Below are positions 62,052 to 64,000 of a stretch of 64,000 bases of DNA, piece after piece. The stretch is taken from NCBI RefSeq assembly GCF_009914755.1, contig NC_060937.1; one strand, given 5' to 3'. The notes beneath the pieces were generated by a model. It was not told the origin of the DNA. It did no database searches and worked only from the letters and a program-made list of their open reading frames with translations. Position 1 is the first letter of the stretch; each line of letters begins with the position of its first letter. The translations under genes and the position numbers were made by a program. Origin of the DNA: the human T2T-CHM13v2.0 reference genome, Homo sapiens.

Positions 62052-64000
62052 GGGAGTTGATCATAATCCCCAAAAATAACAATCCTGGAGGCCATAATCC
62101 CAAATGTTGAAATCCTGAAAGAGCAAAATCCCAAAAATATAATTCTGGAAAAAATAACTTTAAAATTATTTAAAAGTTGCTTGTTTACATTTTTCAAAGG
62201 GGATTTATTTAAGAAACATAAAAATATGACAATACTTCATAGGCCACTCTACACGTTAAAATAGGTAATAGTAACATTTTTGCAAGCATAAACACTCAGG
62301 CATACTAATGGCAGTTGCACAGGTCTGACAATTATGAGCAGATGAACCATATTCATAAATAAATAGCTTATATAACTGTGGTCATCTGAAATACCATGAT
62401 GGACAACCTAAGTCTTTTGAGGAGATCAGTCGAAATCCATGATGGGTCATCACCACATAGGCAGTCGTCCAAAGAACCAAAATCTCAAGAGATTTTACCT
62501 TTCACAAATGCAGATGTACAAAAAGGACATCTTTTCACTTATTGAGGAAGTTTCAATATCTTTACACAAAAATGTTCATACAAAGTACGATGTTTACACA
62601 CAAAGTCGTTGTGAGAACACTTGTGGAGTCAAATTTGCAAAAAAAAAAAGATGCATAAAATGAGAACTCTCTAAAAGTCTACACAGTTCATATCTCGGGT
62701 ACTGGAAATGATTCAAAGCATAGCAAATTGTAAAAACCAATGCTGACAATTTAAAATAGTGGGAAAAAAAATTAAAAAAAAATCCCAAAACACAAATAAT
62801 AAGAAAATTAAACATATTAAAAAGTATATTACAGGGATAGAGTATGAGCAATTGCACCAGAGCTAATTTCTAAGAGCTGGCCAACTTTCATGATCATTTT
62901 GAAGTCTTGGGTCTCTATGAATAGCTGCCTTTTTTTTTTTTTTTTAAAGCATGGCTCTCTTTCACATTCATTTTCTATTTGGCACTACTTTTTTTGAAAT
63001 TCTTCTAGGATTCAGTATACATGGACATAAGCATTCCCTATAAAATTTTTGCATTTTCATTTTCTGTGTAATGCTTCTTTGTTGTTTTGCGCGCATGGAA
63101 ATCCATTTCACATGCACTCATCATATACAGACCACAGATTCAGGAGAAATAATATTGGTGCTTGAACAGCAACACCATCGTGTAAGTGTCTTCTTATTCT
63201 ACCACGCACTTAATTATTTTTGAACCAGCCAACTTTTTCAGGCACATGCTGCTTTAATTTATTGAAAGCTCCTGGCATGTCATCAGCTAGAGGGAATGCC
63301 AATGCAGGCAAGTGACACCTTTTTAAACTGAAGTTTTCATCATTGCTGTATTGCATGACCAATCCACTCATCTGAATTTTCAAATGCAAACACATTTGGT
63401 TGAATGTAAGAGACAAACTTTGTTGGCAACCCCTCAAAATTTGCTTTTAGAAACCTTGGTTTTACCTAATTCCAAATCTGTCATTATGGTTTGGGGATTC
63501 ATTTAAAATCTATTTTCTTCTACACTAAATCTTCAAATAAGCATTTATGAAGTGTTTCACTTTTTCCAGTCATTACTACATAAATGAGTAAATAAGTTCT
63601 AGAATTTTCAGATTCCACAGGGGCATGAGTTGTATGTAGTTAATAAGAAACAGTTTTGAAAGTGCCATCCATTAGCCAAAGTGAAGCCTGTGCTAGTTTT
63701 TCTATGTTAGATTTAATGGTAAATATAAGTCTATTTTATGTGGCAGTCAAATCCCTAATTAATAGTTCAACATTTAATGTGATTTTTAACACTGGAAGAA
63801 CCTCAATATCAGCAAGTGTCTTTGGTTCAGAAAGTCACTGAGCTTGTCAAATTCTTTTTATTCGTCAATGAAGGGCATTGTTTAAGATAAGCATGGTGCT
63901 TTGTGTGAAGGCACAGAAGTTGTACACGATTGGATAATTTAACAGGAGAGATTCCTTGTATTTTTCGCCTGATTTTAACTTCTGTGATCTGTGAAACAGT
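62052..64000 (-). mobile_element. Ricksha-like Mutator (MULE-MuDR) DNA transposon fossil, running off the window end
   Basis: Terminal gatcataatcccc...cataatcccaaatgttgaaatcctgaaag repeats. Minus-strand remnants WLMDGTFKT, PQTIMTDLE, KIQMSGL..YSNDENFSLK..LPALAF and QNNKEALH. Confidence 0.85.

Overview
Human (primate) genomic DNA containing the complete ITM2B (BRI2) gene on the + strand, recognised from the translated exons. It has a CpG-island promoter (~23.2-24.1 kb) and six coding exons (117+129+207+111+151+86 nt = 801 nt, 266 aa). These encode a type II membrane protein with a TM segment, a BRICHOS domain, a KR furin site and the C-terminal Bri23 peptide. The allele is wild type at the stop codon, the Danish decamer and E261. 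The rest is mostly interspersed repeats: many Alus, L1, L2, MIR, a full LTR-int-LTR THE1 (MaLR) element, MLT1 LTRs, hAT and Tigger MITEs, and a Ricksha-like Mutator fossil whose DDE motifs are still readable. I found no convincing undescribed gene system, and apart from ORFs overlapping ITM2B exons or decayed transposon coding remnants the ORF track is repeat- or GC-driven noise. The best leads are the latent amyloid reading frames after the stop codon, inverted Alus around the frame-preserving exons 3-4, a tiny L1-mobilised polyadenylated LTR fragment, and several templated insertions or micro-inversions in repeats. Repeat subfamily names come from recalled consensus sequences and their boundaries are approximate.
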